A stretch of 64,000 bases of DNA from Phycisphaerales bacterium. GTDB lineage: Bacteria > Planctomycetota > Phycisphaerae > Phycisphaerales > UBA1924. This document shows positions 27,260-37,572 of this stretch, one piece after another (the stretch's first letter is position 1; each line of letters opens with the position of its first letter). The notes beneath the pieces were generated by a model. The model ran no database searches and was not told where the DNA came from. It saw nothing but the letters and a program-made list of their open reading frames with translations. Location of the stretch: positions 37,074 through 101,073 of the forward strand of contig DAIQNV010000002.1 in assembly GCA_036788215.1 (NCBI GenBank), read 5' to 3'. The position numbers and the translations under genes are program-made.

Positions 27260-27898
27260 ATGCGTTCGTCTTGTCTAATTCTGTTTGGAATCGTGTCGGG
27301 CGGCATGCCCGCTCTCGGAGCCATCTCCTCCACCTTTACGGACAGCGACGAACAGTGGTCGTTCCTGAACGACGCCACCGGCTTCGGCTTCGACGCCAGT
27401 CTCGGGCAGCCCGCCGGCGCAATCACGGCGCGGGACCGGGGCGACGGACGCATCTGGTACTTCGCCGCCGGCCCCCAGTTCCTGGGCGACCGCTCCGCGT
27501 TCCTCAATGGCTCGCTCAGCTGGGACATCTTGGGCATCACCGGCAACCAGACCTCGATCACCCCCAGGGCCGACGTGATGCTGACGGGCGCGGGCATGAC
27601 CATCGGGATCGACGCGAGCGTCCAGCCCATCAACGGCAGCTGGACCTCCTGGGGCGTGACCCTCGCCCCGGGCCAGTGGTTCGTCGTGAGCAACGCCTCC
27701 AACGGTGTACTCAGCTCGACCGCCGTTTCTCAGGCCGACCTCGCCATGGTGCTGGGTGCCCTCGACGGGCTCTTCATCCGGGGCGAGTACACCAACGGCG
27801 CCGACGCGACCGCGCTCGACAATGTCCTCCTCGTCCCGGCGCCGGCCGCCCTCCCGATGCTCGCCATGGGTGCCTTTGCCCTGCGTCGGCGCAGGTAA
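27260..27898 (+). CDS. PEP-CTERM sorting-domain protein with laminin-B-like domain
   Basis: Signal peptide MRSSCLILFGIVSGGMPALG. Central DRGDGRIWYFAAGPQFLGDRSAFLNGSLSWDI. C-terminal VPAPAALPMLAMGAFALRRRR is a PEP-CTERM-like motif with TM segment and basic tail. Confidence 0.7.
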   Translation: MRSSCLILFGIVSGGMPALGAISSTFTDSDEQWSFLNDATGFGFDASLGQPAGAITARDRGDGRIWYFAAGPQFLGDRSAFLNGSLSWDILGITGNQTSITPRADVMLTGAGMTIGIDASVQPINGSWTSWGVTLAPGQWFVVSNASNGVLSSTAVSQADLAMVLGALDGLFIRGEYTNGADATALDNVLLVPAPAALPMLAMGAFALRRRR

Positions 27899-27947
27899 CG
27901 CCTCGGCCCCTACGAGGGCAACGCGCCAGAGCCATAGGGCATACCAA

Positions 27948-27990
27948 AGGCCTCCGTCGCGCCGCCCAGCGTGACGGAGGCCTTCTTTGA
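27948..27990. terminator. Bidirectional rho-independent terminator between the PEP-CTERM gene and pheS
   Basis: 11-bp stem AGGCCTCCGTC/GACGGAGGCCT, followed by TCTTTG on the plus strand and by TTTGG on the minus strand. Confidence 0.6.
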
Positions 27991-28060
27991 TCCGCGTGAG
28001 CCTCAACCGACACCGATTCGAGATGCAACGCAACGATCGCGGACCCGATCCCCGCCTCTC

Positions 28061-29092
28061 TCAGAGCTGGGCGAGGAATCGCACGTCGTTCTCGAAGAGC
28101 ATGCGGATATCGGGGATGCGGTAGCGCCCCATCGCGATCCGCTCGATGCCGAAGCCGAAGGCGTACCCGGTCCAGACCTCCGGGTCGATGCCGCAGGCGT
28201 CGAGGACCGCGGGGTCGACCATCCCGCACCCGCCCAGTTCGACCCAGCCCGCCGGCTCGTCGGGCTTCAGCGCGATTTTCATGTCGAGCTCCGCCGAGGG
28301 CTCCGTGAAGGGAAAGAAGCTGGGCCTGAGGCGGATGTCGGCGTCCTCGCCGAAGTACGCCCTCGCGAAACTCAGCAGCGTGGTCTTCAGATCGATCATC
28401 GACACGCCACGCCCGATGCACAGGCCCTCGATCTGGTGGAACATGAAGCTGTGCGTCGCGTCCACCGTGTCCGGGCGGTACACACGACCGGGCGAGATGA
28501 CCTTGATCGGGGGCCCCCACCCCTGCGCGACCGCGTCCTCCATGGTCCGGATCTGCACCGTCGAGGTCTGGCTCCGCAGCATCCGCGGCGCCCGGGTGGT
28601 CGCGGGGTCGTCGACATAGAAGTTGTCGATCGGATCGCGCGCCGGGTGCTCCGCCGGGATGTTCAGCTTCACGAAGTTGTGCTCGTCGTCCTCGAGCTCC
28701 GGGCCCTCCGCCACCTCGAAGCCCATCCGCCCGAACACCTCGGTCAGCTCATCGATCACCCGGCTGATGATGTGCCGCCGCCCCAGGCGCGCCGACTGCA
28801 GCAGACCGGGCTCCGTAATGTCGAGCGCCGGGCCCGAAGACCCCGCGTGCCCGCCCACCCGCTGCCGGTGCGCCTCGAAACCCGCCTCGAGCGCCGACTT
28901 CACGTCGTTCAGACGCTTGCCGACCTCCGCCTTCTGCTCCTTGGGAACATCCTTCATCAGGGGCATCAGCCCCTTCAGCTTGCCCTTCGAACCCAGGTAC
29001 GCGACACGCCAGGCCTCAAGCGCAGCCGCATCACCGACAGCCCCGAGTTCAGCGAACGCATCGGATTCCAGCGTGGACAGGTCGTCAAGCAT
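28061..29092 (-). CDS. pheS: Phenylalanine--tRNA ligase alpha subunit
   Basis: 343 aa with class II aaRS motifs: FRPSFFPFTEPSAELD and GCGMVDPAVL...GYAFGFGIERIAM. Confidence 0.95.
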   Translation of the reverse strand: MLDDLSTLESDAFAELGAVGDAAALEAWRVAYLGSKGKLKGLMPLMKDVPKEQKAEVGKRLNDVKSALEAGFEAHRQRVGGHAGSSGPALDITEPGLLQSARLGRRHIISRVIDELTEVFGRMGFEVAEGPELEDDEHNFVKLNIPAEHPARDPIDNFYVDDPATTRAPRMLRSQTSTVQIRTMEDAVAQGWGPPIKVISPGRVYRPDTVDATHSFMFHQIEGLCIGRGVSMIDLKTTLLSFARAYFGEDADIRLRPSFFPFTEPSAELDMKIALKPDEPAGWVELGGCGMVDPAVLDACGIDPEVWTGYAFGFGIERIAMGRYRIPDIRMLFENDVRFLAQL

Positions 29093-29169
29093 GGGGCAAT
29101 CGTACCTCGGGCACAGGGCGGGCGCAACACACCCCGGGACACACGCGGGCGAGACCCGCCCGTCCCGGC

Positions 29170-29198
29170 AAAAACAACGCCCGCACAGGTGCGGGCGC
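29170..29198 (-). terminator. Rho-independent terminator after rplQ
   Basis: On the minus strand, CGCCCGCA-CCTG-TGCGGGCG hairpin followed by TTGTTTTTG. Confidence 0.6.
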
Positions 29199-29226
29199 TG
29201 GTGGGAAACAGGGTTGTCTGAGCAGG

Positions 29227-29934
29227 TCAGCTGGCGTTGCTCTGCTCGCCCTCGGAGGGCTGATCGACCGCGGGAGCGGTCTCGGCCACGTCGCCACCGG
29301 CGACCGCCGTCGCCGCAGCACCCTTGCCCGACTCCTTGCGGAGCTTGGCGGCAAAGGCCGTCCGCTTATCCGCCTGCCGGCGACGGCCCGAGGGGCGACC
29401 GCCGATCTCGGGGCCCTCCTCGGCGCCGACGAACTGCATCACCACGATCTCGCCCCCATCGCCCAGGCGGTGCCGCCCGAGCTTTACGATGCGGGTGTAG
29501 CCGCCGCTGCGGTCATCGAAGCGGGGCGCTACGTTCTCGAAGATGTGGCGGACGAGCTTCGGGGCCTTGCGGAGCTCGCCGTAGCGGTTCCGCTCGACCT
29601 GGTCCGAAGCCGGCAGATCGAAGAACTGCCCGGCCCGCTCGCGCAGGCGGTCGACCGCCTCGCGCTCCTCGTCGGTGGCGTTCTTCGGGATGTGCGACCA
29701 GGCGAAGGCCCGGCGATCGCCGCCCAGCATCGAGACGACCTGACGACGCGAGTGCAGGTCGCCCTTCTTCGCCTTGGTCACGATCTTCTCGACGAAGGGC
29801 TGCAGGGCCTTGGCCTTGGGCAGCGTCGTCGTGATCTGGCCGTGCTCGAACAGGGACGCCGCCATATTGCGCAGCATCGCCTGGCGGTGGGAAGAGGTTC
29901 GACCGAGCTTGAAGCCTGCCTTGCGGTGACGCAT
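29227..29934 (-). CDS. rplQ: 50S ribosomal protein L17 (with about 100-aa C-terminal extension)
   Basis: MRHRKAGFKLGRTSSHRQAMLRNMAASLFEHGQITTTLPKAKALQPFVEKIVT. Confidence 0.95.
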   Translation of the reverse strand: MRHRKAGFKLGRTSSHRQAMLRNMAASLFEHGQITTTLPKAKALQPFVEKIVTKAKKGDLHSRRQVVSMLGGDRRAFAWSHIPKNATDEEREAVDRLRERAGQFFDLPASDQVERNRYGELRKAPKLVRHIFENVAPRFDDRSGGYTRIVKLGRHRLGDGGEIVVMQFVGAEEGPEIGGRPSGRRRQADKRTAFAAKLRKESGKGAAATAVAGGDVAETAPAVDQPSEGEQSNAS

Positions 29935-29965
29935 GACGATTCTCCGAAACTACGAGGGAGGGCGC

Positions 29966-30976
29966 TCAGTCGGCCCGGGCCATCTGGTATCCCTCGGGCA
30001 GTTCCATGCCGAGGTCGAGTTCCATGTCCTGAAGCTTGCGCTTCACTTCCCGCAGGCTCGTACGGCCGAAGCTGCGGAGCTTGAGCAGGTCCTGGTCGCT
30101 CTGCGTGACGAGCTGGGCGACCGTGTCGATCCGCGCCGACTCCAAGCAGTTGCTCGCCCGGACCGAAAGGTCCAGCTCGCCCACCGGCATGTTCAGCTTG
30201 CGGATCAGTTCCTCGTCCACACCCGCAGCAGCCGCCGCCTCGTCCGAGACGCGCTCGTTCCCGAGCTCGAAGTACTGGACGAAGGGGTTCAGGTGCTTGC
30301 GGAAGATCTTGGCCGCCTCGACCAGCGCCATCTCGGGCGTGACCGTGCCGTCCGTCCAGACCTCCATCACCAGCTTGTCGTAGTTGGTCCGCTGGCCGAC
30401 GCGCGTGTCCTCCACCGCGTACCGCACCCGCTGCACAGGGGAGTAGATCGCGTCGAGCGGGATCAGCCCGACCTCCTGCTCGTCCTGCGTGTTGTACTGC
30501 TCGCTCGCCGGCACGTAGCCCCGGCCCTTGCCCACCCGCAGTTCCATCTCGAACGCCACCTCGTCGGTCAGCGTCGCGATGACGAGGTCCTTGTTCACGA
30601 TCGTGATCGCGGTGTCCGCCTCGATCAGGTCAGCGGTCACCTCGCCCGGGCCCTGCGCCGCGAGCTTCATCGTCTTGGGCTCGTCGCCCTCGAGCCTCAC
30701 CACCAGGCTCTTGATGTTCAGGATGATGTCCGTGACATCCTCCAGAACACCCGGCAGGCTCGTGAACTCGTGCTCCGCACCCTTGATCTTCACCCCGGTC
30801 ACCGCGGCGCCCTCGAGCGAACTCAGCAGCACCCGACGAAGGCTGTTGCCCACCGTCGTGCCGAACCCGCGCTCGAACGGCTCGATCGAGAAGCGACCGT
30901 ACACATCGGACCGGAACTTGGGATCGGCGGTGACCTTCGACGGAAGCTCAAGCCCGCGCCAGCGAACACGCATCAT
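29966..30976 (-). CDS. rpoA: DNA-directed RNA polymerase alpha subunit
   Basis: 336 aa: FGRFSIEPFERGFGTTVGNSLRRVLLSSLEGAA... plus a C-terminal domain with SVRASNCLESARIDTVAQL. Confidence 0.95.
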   Translation of the reverse strand: MMRVRWRGLELPSKVTADPKFRSDVYGRFSIEPFERGFGTTVGNSLRRVLLSSLEGAAVTGVKIKGAEHEFTSLPGVLEDVTDIILNIKSLVVRLEGDEPKTMKLAAQGPGEVTADLIEADTAITIVNKDLVIATLTDEVAFEMELRVGKGRGYVPASEQYNTQDEQEVGLIPLDAIYSPVQRVRYAVEDTRVGQRTNYDKLVMEVWTDGTVTPEMALVEAAKIFRKHLNPFVQYFELGNERVSDEAAAAAGVDEELIRKLNMPVGELDLSVRASNCLESARIDTVAQLVTQSDQDLLKLRSFGRTSLREVKRKLQDMELDLGMELPEGYQMARAD

Positions 30977-31158
30977 GATCAGAATCCTTCCGGCATCCTG
31001 CCGGTGTGCAGCGGAGGCCTTCGATCGAGCCTGTCACCCGCACGGCTCACGGGTCCGCCGCCCCGCTGCCGGGCGGCGCCCCTTCTTGCCGTTCGGGCCC
31101 GGCGTCGCACCGGCGACGCCTGCAATCAAATGTCACCGACCGCAAATAGCCCGGAGGG

Positions 31159-31539
31159 TCACACGCGGCGCTTTTTCCGAGGGCGGCACCCGTTGTGAGG
31201 CACCGGGGTGTGGTCCTCCACCGCCGTCACCCGGATACCGGTCGAGACCAGCCCCTGCACCGCGGACTCGCGTCCCGCCCCGGTGCCGGTGACCTTCACC
31301 TCGACCTCGCTCATCCCCATCTTCCGGACCTTCTGACCGACCTGCTCCCCGGCCCGTGTCGCCGCGAAGGGCGTCGACTTCCGAGCGCCCTTGAAGCCGA
31401 TCGTGCCAGCCGAGTCCCACGCGAGCGTCTCGCCCGAGGTGTCGGTGATGGTGACGATGGTGTTGTTGTGCGTCGCCTTGATGTGCGCGATCCCGCGGAC
31501 CACACCCTTGCGAACCTTCTTCTGCTTCTGCTTCGCCAT
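31159..31539 (-). CDS. rpsK: 30S ribosomal protein S11
   Basis: [30 protein letters not shown]... Confidence 0.95.
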   Translation of the reverse strand: MAKQKQKKVRKGVVRGIAHIKATHNNTIVTITDTSGETLAWDSAGTIGFKGARKSTPFAATRAGEQVGQKVRKMGMSEVEVKVTGTGAGRESAVQGLVSTGIRVTAVEDHTPVPHNGCRPRKKRRV

Positions 31540-31593
31540 GAGAATCGCTGCTCCGGTCCTGGCCCGGGCGGAACGCCCGATGCGGACAAGCCT

Positions 31594-31971
31594 TTAGCCC
31601 TTCACGCCCTTCTTGCCGGCGACCGTCTTCTTGCGACCCTTACGCGTACGAGCGTTGCAACGCGTCCGCTGGCCACGCGTCGGCAGGCCCGAACGGTGGC
31701 GGTCACCCCGGTAGCTGCGAATGTCACGCAGCCGCTGGATGTTCTGCGTCACCTGCCGGCGGAGCGCACCCTCCACCAGGAAGTTCGAGTCGATGATCGA
31801 GTTGATCATCGCGATCTGCTGCTCGCTCACCTCGTTCGCCCGGAGATCCGGGTCGATCTGGGCCTCGGCCAGAATGTCGCCCGCGAACTTCGGACCGATC
31901 CCGTGCACATACTGAAGTGCATAAAGGATCTTCTTGCGGTCCGGAACATCAACACCTGCAATACGCGGCAT
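31594..31971 (-). CDS. rpsM: 30S ribosomal protein S13
   Basis: MPRIAGVDVPDRKKILYALQYVHGIG... Confidence 0.95.
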   Translation of the reverse strand: MPRIAGVDVPDRKKILYALQYVHGIGPKFAGDILAEAQIDPDLRANEVSEQQIAMINSIIDSNFLVEGALRRQVTQNIQRLRDIRSYRGDRHRSGLPTRGQRTRCNARTRKGRKKTVAGKKGVKG

Positions 31972-31974
31972 CGG

Positions 31975-32091
31975 TTACCCCTGCACCTGCTTGTGCTTCG
32001 GATCGGCCTTGCAAATCACCCGCACCTTGCCCTTGCGGCGGATGACCTGGCACTGGTTGCAGATCCGCTTGACGCTTGCTTTGACCTTCAT
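31975..32091 (-). CDS. rpmJ: 50S ribosomal protein L36
   Basis: Not in the ORF track (38 aa). My own translation is [38 protein letters not shown]. Confidence 0.9.
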   Translation of the reverse strand: MKVKASVKRICNQCQVIRRKGKVRVICKADPKHKQVQG

Positions 32092-32258
32092 CGCACACCC
32101 GCCCCGCCCCTGGGGCGGCCGCTCGTGGTTTGATCTCGATACAACATCCCGCGCCGCAGCGTAGAGCCTCCGGCGCGGGGAGAAGCCTAGACCGCCCGGC
32201 GCTCCCCGTCATCAGGAAAGCACCAGCCATTTCGTGATTCGCTCGGAAGCCACACCAA

Positions 32259-33053
32259 TCATTCTCCTATCGGCGTCAACACCCGCCGCCCGTCCACCGT
32301 CACCGCCACCGTCCGCTCCTCCCCCGAAGCCCGCTCCAGAGACCCGGTGACCACGGTCCAGCCATCGTCCAGCCCCACCAACGCCACCGACCCCGGGCCC
32401 ACAGCCCCCGCCACCACCACCGGCTCCACCGTCAGCACCATCCCGGGCCACAGCACGAAATCTCGGAACCCTGGCCCGGGAACCAGGGGACAGGCCGGCC
32501 CCTCGTGCAGCCCCCGCCCGATCCCGTGCCCATCCAGCCCTGGCACGATCAACACGCCCTCCACCGCCGCCGCGAGCCCCGCCGCCCCGACCACCGACGA
32601 CCACGCCCTCCCGGGCCCGATCGCCCCGATCGCCGCCCGCAGAACCGCGTTGCCCGCCCGGCGCAGGCGCTCCCCCTCCCCGTCCTCCCCAACGCCGCCA
32701 ACGACCACCGTCGTCGCCCCGTCCGCGAACCACCCGTCCAGCTCCACCGCCAGATCCAGCGTCACCAGATCCCCCGCGCGGAGAAGCCGCTCGCTCGGCA
32801 CCGCGTTCGCCGCCTCTTCGTTCACGCACACGCACGCCGGGCCATCGAACGCCGGCCCCCCGCCCTCGCGAAAGCCCTCGAGCGCAGGCCGCCCGCCCCG
32901 CTCGCGAACGAAGTCACCCAGCCGGTCCGCGACCTCCCGCGTCGTCTCGTGCTCGCGCAGGCTGCCGCCGACGCTCCGGAGCGCCCGCGCGACTAGGCCC
33001 CCCGCCTCGCCGATGCGGCCAATCTCGCCACCGGTGTAGACGCGGACCGGCAC
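32259..33053 (-). CDS. map: Type I methionyl aminopeptidase
   Basis: GTG start. Metal-ligand pattern DLVTLDLAVELDGWFAD, GHGIGRGLHE and LTVEP. Confidence 0.8.
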   Translation of the reverse strand: MPVRVYTGGEIGRIGEAGGLVARALRSVGGSLREHETTREVADRLGDFVRERGGRPALEGFREGGGPAFDGPACVCVNEEAANAVPSERLLRAGDLVTLDLAVELDGWFADGATTVVVGGVGEDGEGERLRRAGNAVLRAAIGAIGPGRAWSSVVGAAGLAAAVEGVLIVPGLDGHGIGRGLHEGPACPLVPGPGFRDFVLWPGMVLTVEPVVVAGAVGPGSVALVGLDDGWTVVTGSLERASGEERTVAVTVDGRRVLTPIGE

Positions 33054-33077
33054 GCCCCGCCCCCGAGAGGCCCCCGA

Positions 33078-34493
33078 TCAGCCCCGGGGCTTCGGCGCCT
33101 TACCCATCTCGTCGGACCCGCCCAGGAAGCCCGCGTAGTTCCGCATCAGCAGGTTCGCCTCCACCCGTTGCAGGAAGTCGAGCGCCACCGACACCACGAT
33201 GAGCAGACCCGTGCCGCCCAGGAACTGCGTCACCACGAAGTCGATGTTCAGGCTCCGGTTCACCACCATGGGCATCACTGCGATGATCGCGAGGAACGCC
33301 GCCCCCACGAAGGTGATCCGCTCCATCACCGTCTCGAGGTACTCCGCGGTCCGGGGCCCGGGGCGCAACCCCGGGATGAACGACCCGTGATCACGCAGCT
33401 GCTTGCTCATCTCCTCCGGGTTGAACTGCACCGTGATCCAGAAGTAGCTGAAGAAGAACACCATGCCGATGAACAGCAGGTTGTACGGGAACTCGCCCAT
33501 CATGAAGTTGTTGCTCAGCCACTGCGTGAAGCCGAACCACCAGCCACCCGCCATCGCCTCCTCGCCCACGAGAGAGGCGTTCCGGGCCTGCTCGTGCAGC
33601 GCCCCAAAGATCACGCTCGGGAAGATCATCAGGGAGCTGGCGAAGATGATCGGCATCACGCCGCCATGGTTCACACGCAGGGGCAGGTAGCTCCGCTGCC
33701 CGCCGAAGACGCGCCGCCCCCGCGTGTGCTTCGCCTGCTGCACCGGGATCCGCCGCTGCGCCACCGTCATCACCACGCAGCCCGACACGACGAGCAGGAA
33801 CCCGCCCAGCAGCATCGCGAGGCCCAGCCAGCCGATCTTGGTCGGGTCGCCCGGCTCGAACTGCCCGTACACCGTCATCACCGCGCCGGGCATGCCCGTC
33901 AGGATGCCCGCCATGATGATCAGGCTGATGCCGTTGCCGATGCCGAACCGGTCGATCTGCTCGCCCAACCACATCAGGAAGGTCGTGCCCGCGGTCAGCG
34001 CCGTGATGCCCATCACCCACCACAGAGGATTGTTCGCCCACTCCGGGTACACCATGCCCTGCCCGCGGATGAACGCGAGCCACCCGAACGCCTGGATCAG
34101 GCAGAGCCCGATCGTCGCGTACCGCGTGTACTCCTGGATCTTCTGCTGGCCCGTCGGGCCCTCTTCGCGCAGACGCTTCAGGGGCTCCCACACCCCGCCC
34201 AGCAGCTGGAAGATGATCGCCGCCGAGATGTAGGGCATGATCCCAAGTCCGAAGATCGTCGACTGCCCGAACGCCCCGCCCGAAAAGATCGAGACGAACG
34301 ACGCGACGCGACCCGCCGCGTTGCCCTCCTGGGCCGCACGCTCGAAGTACTCCGACAGCACCGTCTGGTTCACGCCCGGGAGCGGGATCCAGAAGCCGAT
34401 GCGATAGACCGCGAGCATGCCCAGGGTGAACAGGAGCTTGTTGCGAAGCTCGTCGACCTTGAACACATTGACGATGGTCTGGAAGACATTCAT
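33078..34493 (-). CDS. secY: Preprotein translocase subunit SecY
   Basis: LRNKLLFTLGMLAVYRIGFWIPLPGV and 10 TM segments. ATG at 34493 preferred; alternative GTG at 34535. Confidence 0.95.
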   Translation of the reverse strand: MNVFQTIVNVFKVDELRNKLLFTLGMLAVYRIGFWIPLPGVNQTVLSEYFERAAQEGNAAGRVASFVSIFSGGAFGQSTIFGLGIMPYISAAIIFQLLGGVWEPLKRLREEGPTGQQKIQEYTRYATIGLCLIQAFGWLAFIRGQGMVYPEWANNPLWWVMGITALTAGTTFLMWLGEQIDRFGIGNGISLIIMAGILTGMPGAVMTVYGQFEPGDPTKIGWLGLAMLLGGFLLVVSGCVVMTVAQRRIPVQQAKHTRGRRVFGGQRSYLPLRVNHGGVMPIIFASSLMIFPSVIFGALHEQARNASLVGEEAMAGGWWFGFTQWLSNNFMMGEFPYNLLFIGMVFFFSYFWITVQFNPEEMSKQLRDHGSFIPGLRPGPRTAEYLETVMERITFVGAAFLAIIAVMPMVVNRSLNIDFVVTQFLGGTGLLIVVSVALDFLQRVEANLLMRNYAGFLGGSDEMGKAPKPRG

Positions 34494-34586
34494 ACCGCGG
34501 GAACTCCCCGGGGGTTGGGGGATGGGGTCAGGCACCGGCCACCGCGGGGCCGGCGTCGACCCCGCCGCGGGTGAACCGGCGATCGG

Positions 34587-35198
34587 TCAGTTCTTCTTCA
34601 GAACCTCGCCACGCGACGCCGCCTCGGCCTTCTTCTGCTGGAAAGCACGCCGCTTGGCCTTCTTCGTCTGATTCTTCGGGGCACGGTCGTCCGCGTTGCG
34701 GTCGACGCCACGGACACGGTCGCGCCTGGTGCCCAGCTCGTTCACCTTGCCGCCCGCGCCCTCGACGAGCCGGCGGACCGAGTCGGTCACCCGGTGCACC
34801 TCGAGCTCGTACGCGACCGAGAGACTCTCCTGGCCCTCGGGAAGCGACCCGAGCACCTTGATGTCCCGGCTGTCGTCACGCACCAGCCCGGCAGCGACCA
34901 GGCCCTCCGGCGTGACCTTCCCGCCCGACTTGAACGCGTCGGACTGCAGGAGGTCGCGGAGGTTGATCGTCCAGAAGTGCTGCGTGAACGCGCTGTTCGA
35001 GAAGCCGAACTTCGGCATCCGCCGGAAGTAGGGCATCTGCCCGCCCTCGAACTGGATGCGACGGCTGTACCCGCTCCGCGACCCGGCGCCCTTGTGACCC
35101 CGGCCGGCCTGCTTGCCCGTGCCGGAGCCCTGGCCGCGACCGATCCGCTTGCGGTCCTTGTACTTGCCGGCCAGTGCGGTGATTTCGTGGATCATCAT
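34587..35198 (-). CDS. rplO: 50S ribosomal protein L15 (C-terminally extended)
   Basis: KRIGRGQGSGTGKQAGRGHKGAGSRSG. Confidence 0.95.
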   Translation of the reverse strand: MMIHEITALAGKYKDRKRIGRGQGSGTGKQAGRGHKGAGSRSGYSRRIQFEGGQMPYFRRMPKFGFSNSAFTQHFWTINLRDLLQSDAFKSGGKVTPEGLVAAGLVRDDSRDIKVLGSLPEGQESLSVAYELEVHRVTDSVRRLVEGAGGKVNELGTRRDRVRGVDRNADDRAPKNQTKKAKRRAFQQKKAEAASRGEVLKKN

Positions 35199-35266
35199 GG
35201 CGTTGGATCCTTGCTCGTCCGTTCGCCCAGCCGGGGCTGCGCTGAAGCGCCCGCCCCGGTGGATAG

Positions 35267-36019
35267 TTAGCTGCCGCTCGCGCCCGGTCCGTCGCCGGCC
35301 GGCTTGTTCTCACCCGAGGCCTGAGGCCCCGACGCTCCACCCTGGTCACCGCCGCCGTCGCGACCACGACCCGGCCCGCCGCGACCGCCGCGACCGCCGC
35401 CGCCTCCGCCGCGACCGCCGCGACCACCGCGACGCTCCTGGCCGATCGTGTTGACCGGGCCCCGCATCTTCTCGCCCACCGTCTTGGGCATGAACCGCTG
35501 GCCCCGCTCCACGCGCTCCTCGATGTCGGTCGTGCTGATCTCGACCCCCCGGAGCTCGGCGACGTCCTCACGCATGCGCAGGTGCCCCACGCCCTCGAAG
35601 ATCGCCTTGATCACGTTGAGCTTGTTCGTCGATCCGTAGCACTTCGTCAGGCAGTCGGTCACGCCGGCCATCTCGAGGACCGCGCGGACGGTCGCGCCCG
35701 CCACGACGCCCGTACCGGGCGACGCCGGGATCAGCCGCACCCTGCTGGCGCTGAACCGGCCTTCAACCTCGTGGGGCACCGTCGTGCCGATCCGGGGAAG
35801 GCTGATCATGTTCCGGCGGGCCACCTTCTGGGCCTTCTCGATCGCGAGGGGCACTTCCTTGCTCTTCGCGTACCCGTAGCCCACCTTCCCGCGCTTGTCG
35901 CCCACGACGACCAGCGCGCCGAAGCTGAACCGCCGACCGCCCTTCACCGTGGCGCTGGTGCGGTAGATGTTGACCGTCTGGGATTCGAGACTCGTCGCCT
36001 CGTCGAGCATTTCCGCCAT
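35267..36019 (-). CDS. rpsE: 30S ribosomal protein S5 with RGG/Gly-rich C-terminal tail
   Basis: RTSATVKGGRRFSFGALVVVGDKRGKVGYGYAKSKEVPLAIEKA. Tail is ERRGGRGGRGGGGGGRGGRGGPGRGRDGGGDQGG. Confidence 0.95.
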   Translation of the reverse strand: MAEMLDEATSLESQTVNIYRTSATVKGGRRFSFGALVVVGDKRGKVGYGYAKSKEVPLAIEKAQKVARRNMISLPRIGTTVPHEVEGRFSASRVRLIPASPGTGVVAGATVRAVLEMAGVTDCLTKCYGSTNKLNVIKAIFEGVGHLRMREDVAELRGVEISTTDIEERVERGQRFMPKTVGEKMRGPVNTIGQERRGGRGGRGGGGGGRGGRGGPGRGRDGGGDQGGASGPQASGENKPAGDGPGASGS

Positions 36020-36084
36020 TGGTGCACGCTTCCGCTTCGGTTCGCCCGCTGACGGGCGCTGTCCGTGGTTCCGTTCGACCCGAC

Positions 36085-36447
36085 TCAGAACTTCAATCCG
36101 CCCTCACGGGCCGCGTCCGCGAGCGCCTTCACACGCCCGTGGTACTTGAAGCCCCCGCGGTCGAACACGACCGCCTCGACGCCCTTCGCCTTGGCCCGCT
36201 CCGCGAGCCGGGCACCGACGCCCGCGGCAGCCGCCGCGTTCCCGGTCCCGTCGCCCGCCGCGTCCTTGTCACGCGTCGACGCTGCAGCGAGCGTCACGCC
36301 CGCCATGTCATCGACCACCTGAGCATAGATGTGATTCAGCGAGCGATACACGCACAAACGGGGCTTCTCGGGGGTACCGATCGCCCGCTTGCGGATCCCG
36401 ATCCGCCGACGCACACGACGCTTAACCTTGACTTTCTGCTTGTCCAT
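36085..36447 (-). CDS. rplR: 50S ribosomal protein L18
   Basis: [19 protein letters not shown]...[27 protein letters not shown]. Confidence 0.95.
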   Translation of the reverse strand: MDKQKVKVKRRVRRRIGIRKRAIGTPEKPRLCVYRSLNHIYAQVVDDMAGVTLAAASTRDKDAAGDGTGNAAAAAGVGARLAERAKAKGVEAVVFDRGGFKYHGRVKALADAAREGGLKF

Positions 36448-36505
36448 CGTCGCTCGCCTTCCATGCCGACGCCCGGGCTCCCCGGGGTCGACCGACCCAT
36501 CGGGA

Positions 36506-37051
36506 TCACTTGCCGAACTGCTTGCCTTCCTTCTTGCGGATCACCTCGTCGGCGTACCGCACACCCTTGCCGTTGTAGGGCTCGGGCTTCCGGCGGGCCC
36601 GCACGGACGCCGCAAACTGCCCCACCGCCTGCTTGTCCGCACCGCTGATCGTCACCATGTCCTTCTCGACCGTGACGCTCACGCCCGTGGGGATCGGGGC
36701 CAGGATCGGGTTCGCGAAGCCCACGTTCAGACGCAGCGCCTGGCCCTGCACAGCCGCGGTCCAGCCGACGCCCACCACCTGGAGCTTCTTCGAGAACCCC
36801 GTCGTCACGCCCTCGACCATGTTCGAGACCAGCGCCCGGGTCGTGCCCCACAGGGCGCGGATCTTCCGCTCCCCGGCGATCTTCTCGTCGACGGTCACCG
36901 TCACCGAGCCATCCTCCACCACCACTTCCACCTCGGGGCGGTGCGTAAAGCTCAGCGACCCCTTCGGGCCCTCGACCTTGACCAGCCGGTCCGCGACGCT
37001 CACCTTCACGCCGCTGGGAACCGACACGGGCTTCTTACCGATACGCGACAT
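36506..37051 (-). CDS. rplF: 50S ribosomal protein L6
   Basis: [19 protein letters not shown]... Confidence 0.95.
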   Translation of the reverse strand: MSRIGKKPVSVPSGVKVSVADRLVKVEGPKGSLSFTHRPEVEVVVEDGSVTVTVDEKIAGERKIRALWGTTRALVSNMVEGVTTGFSKKLQVVGVGWTAAVQGQALRLNVGFANPILAPIPTGVSVTVEKDMVTISGADKQAVGQFAASVRARRKPEPYNGKGVRYADEVIRKKEGKQFGK

Positions 37052-37148
37052 GGCCTGTCCTCGTCTTCCGCACCCGGGCTCGCCGGAGCGGGGATTCCAT
37101 GGGCCCGGGGCGAACGCCGCCCCGAATCTGTTCCTCGACGATGCCGAC

Positions 37149-37550
37149 TTACAGCACCGTGCAGAGAAGCTCGCCGCCGACCTTCTCCTCGCGAGCCTTG
37201 CGGTCGCTCATCACACCGCGGCTCGTCGAGACGATCGCGATGCCGAGGCCCTGCAGCGGACGCGGGATGTCCCGCATCTTCGTGTACACCCGCCGCCCGA
37301 CCTTGCTCTCACGCTTCAGCTCGTGGATCAGGTGCTCGCCCCGCGGGCCGTACTTGAGGTGGATGTTGAGCTTCCCGCTCTTGCCCGGCTCCTCGAGCAC
37401 CTCGAAGTCCTTGATGTACCCCTCGTCGCGGAGAACCTCCGCGATGCCACGGCACACCTTGTTGTTCATGCAGACGACATGCTTGGCCTTGTTCCGCGAA
37501 GCGTTGCGGAGCCGGGTGAGCATGTCAGCAATGGGATCGTTGATCGCCAT
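37149..37550 (-). CDS. rpsH: 30S ribosomal protein S8
   Basis: MAINDPIADMLTRLRNA. Start trimmed to the ATG at 37550. Confidence 0.95.
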   Translation of the reverse strand: MAINDPIADMLTRLRNASRNKAKHVVCMNNKVCRGIAEVLRDEGYIKDFEVLEEPGKSGKLNIHLKYGPRGEHLIHELKRESKVGRRVYTKMRDIPRPLQGLGIAIVSTSRGVMSDRKAREEKVGGELLCTVL

Positions 37551-37572
37551 GAGTCGTTCGCTCCTCCGGTCC

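Noticed and set aside
32092-32258. Hidden infA between map and rpmJ
   Set aside because: The gap is 167 nt, shorter than the roughly 219 nt needed, and no frame reads like IF-1.
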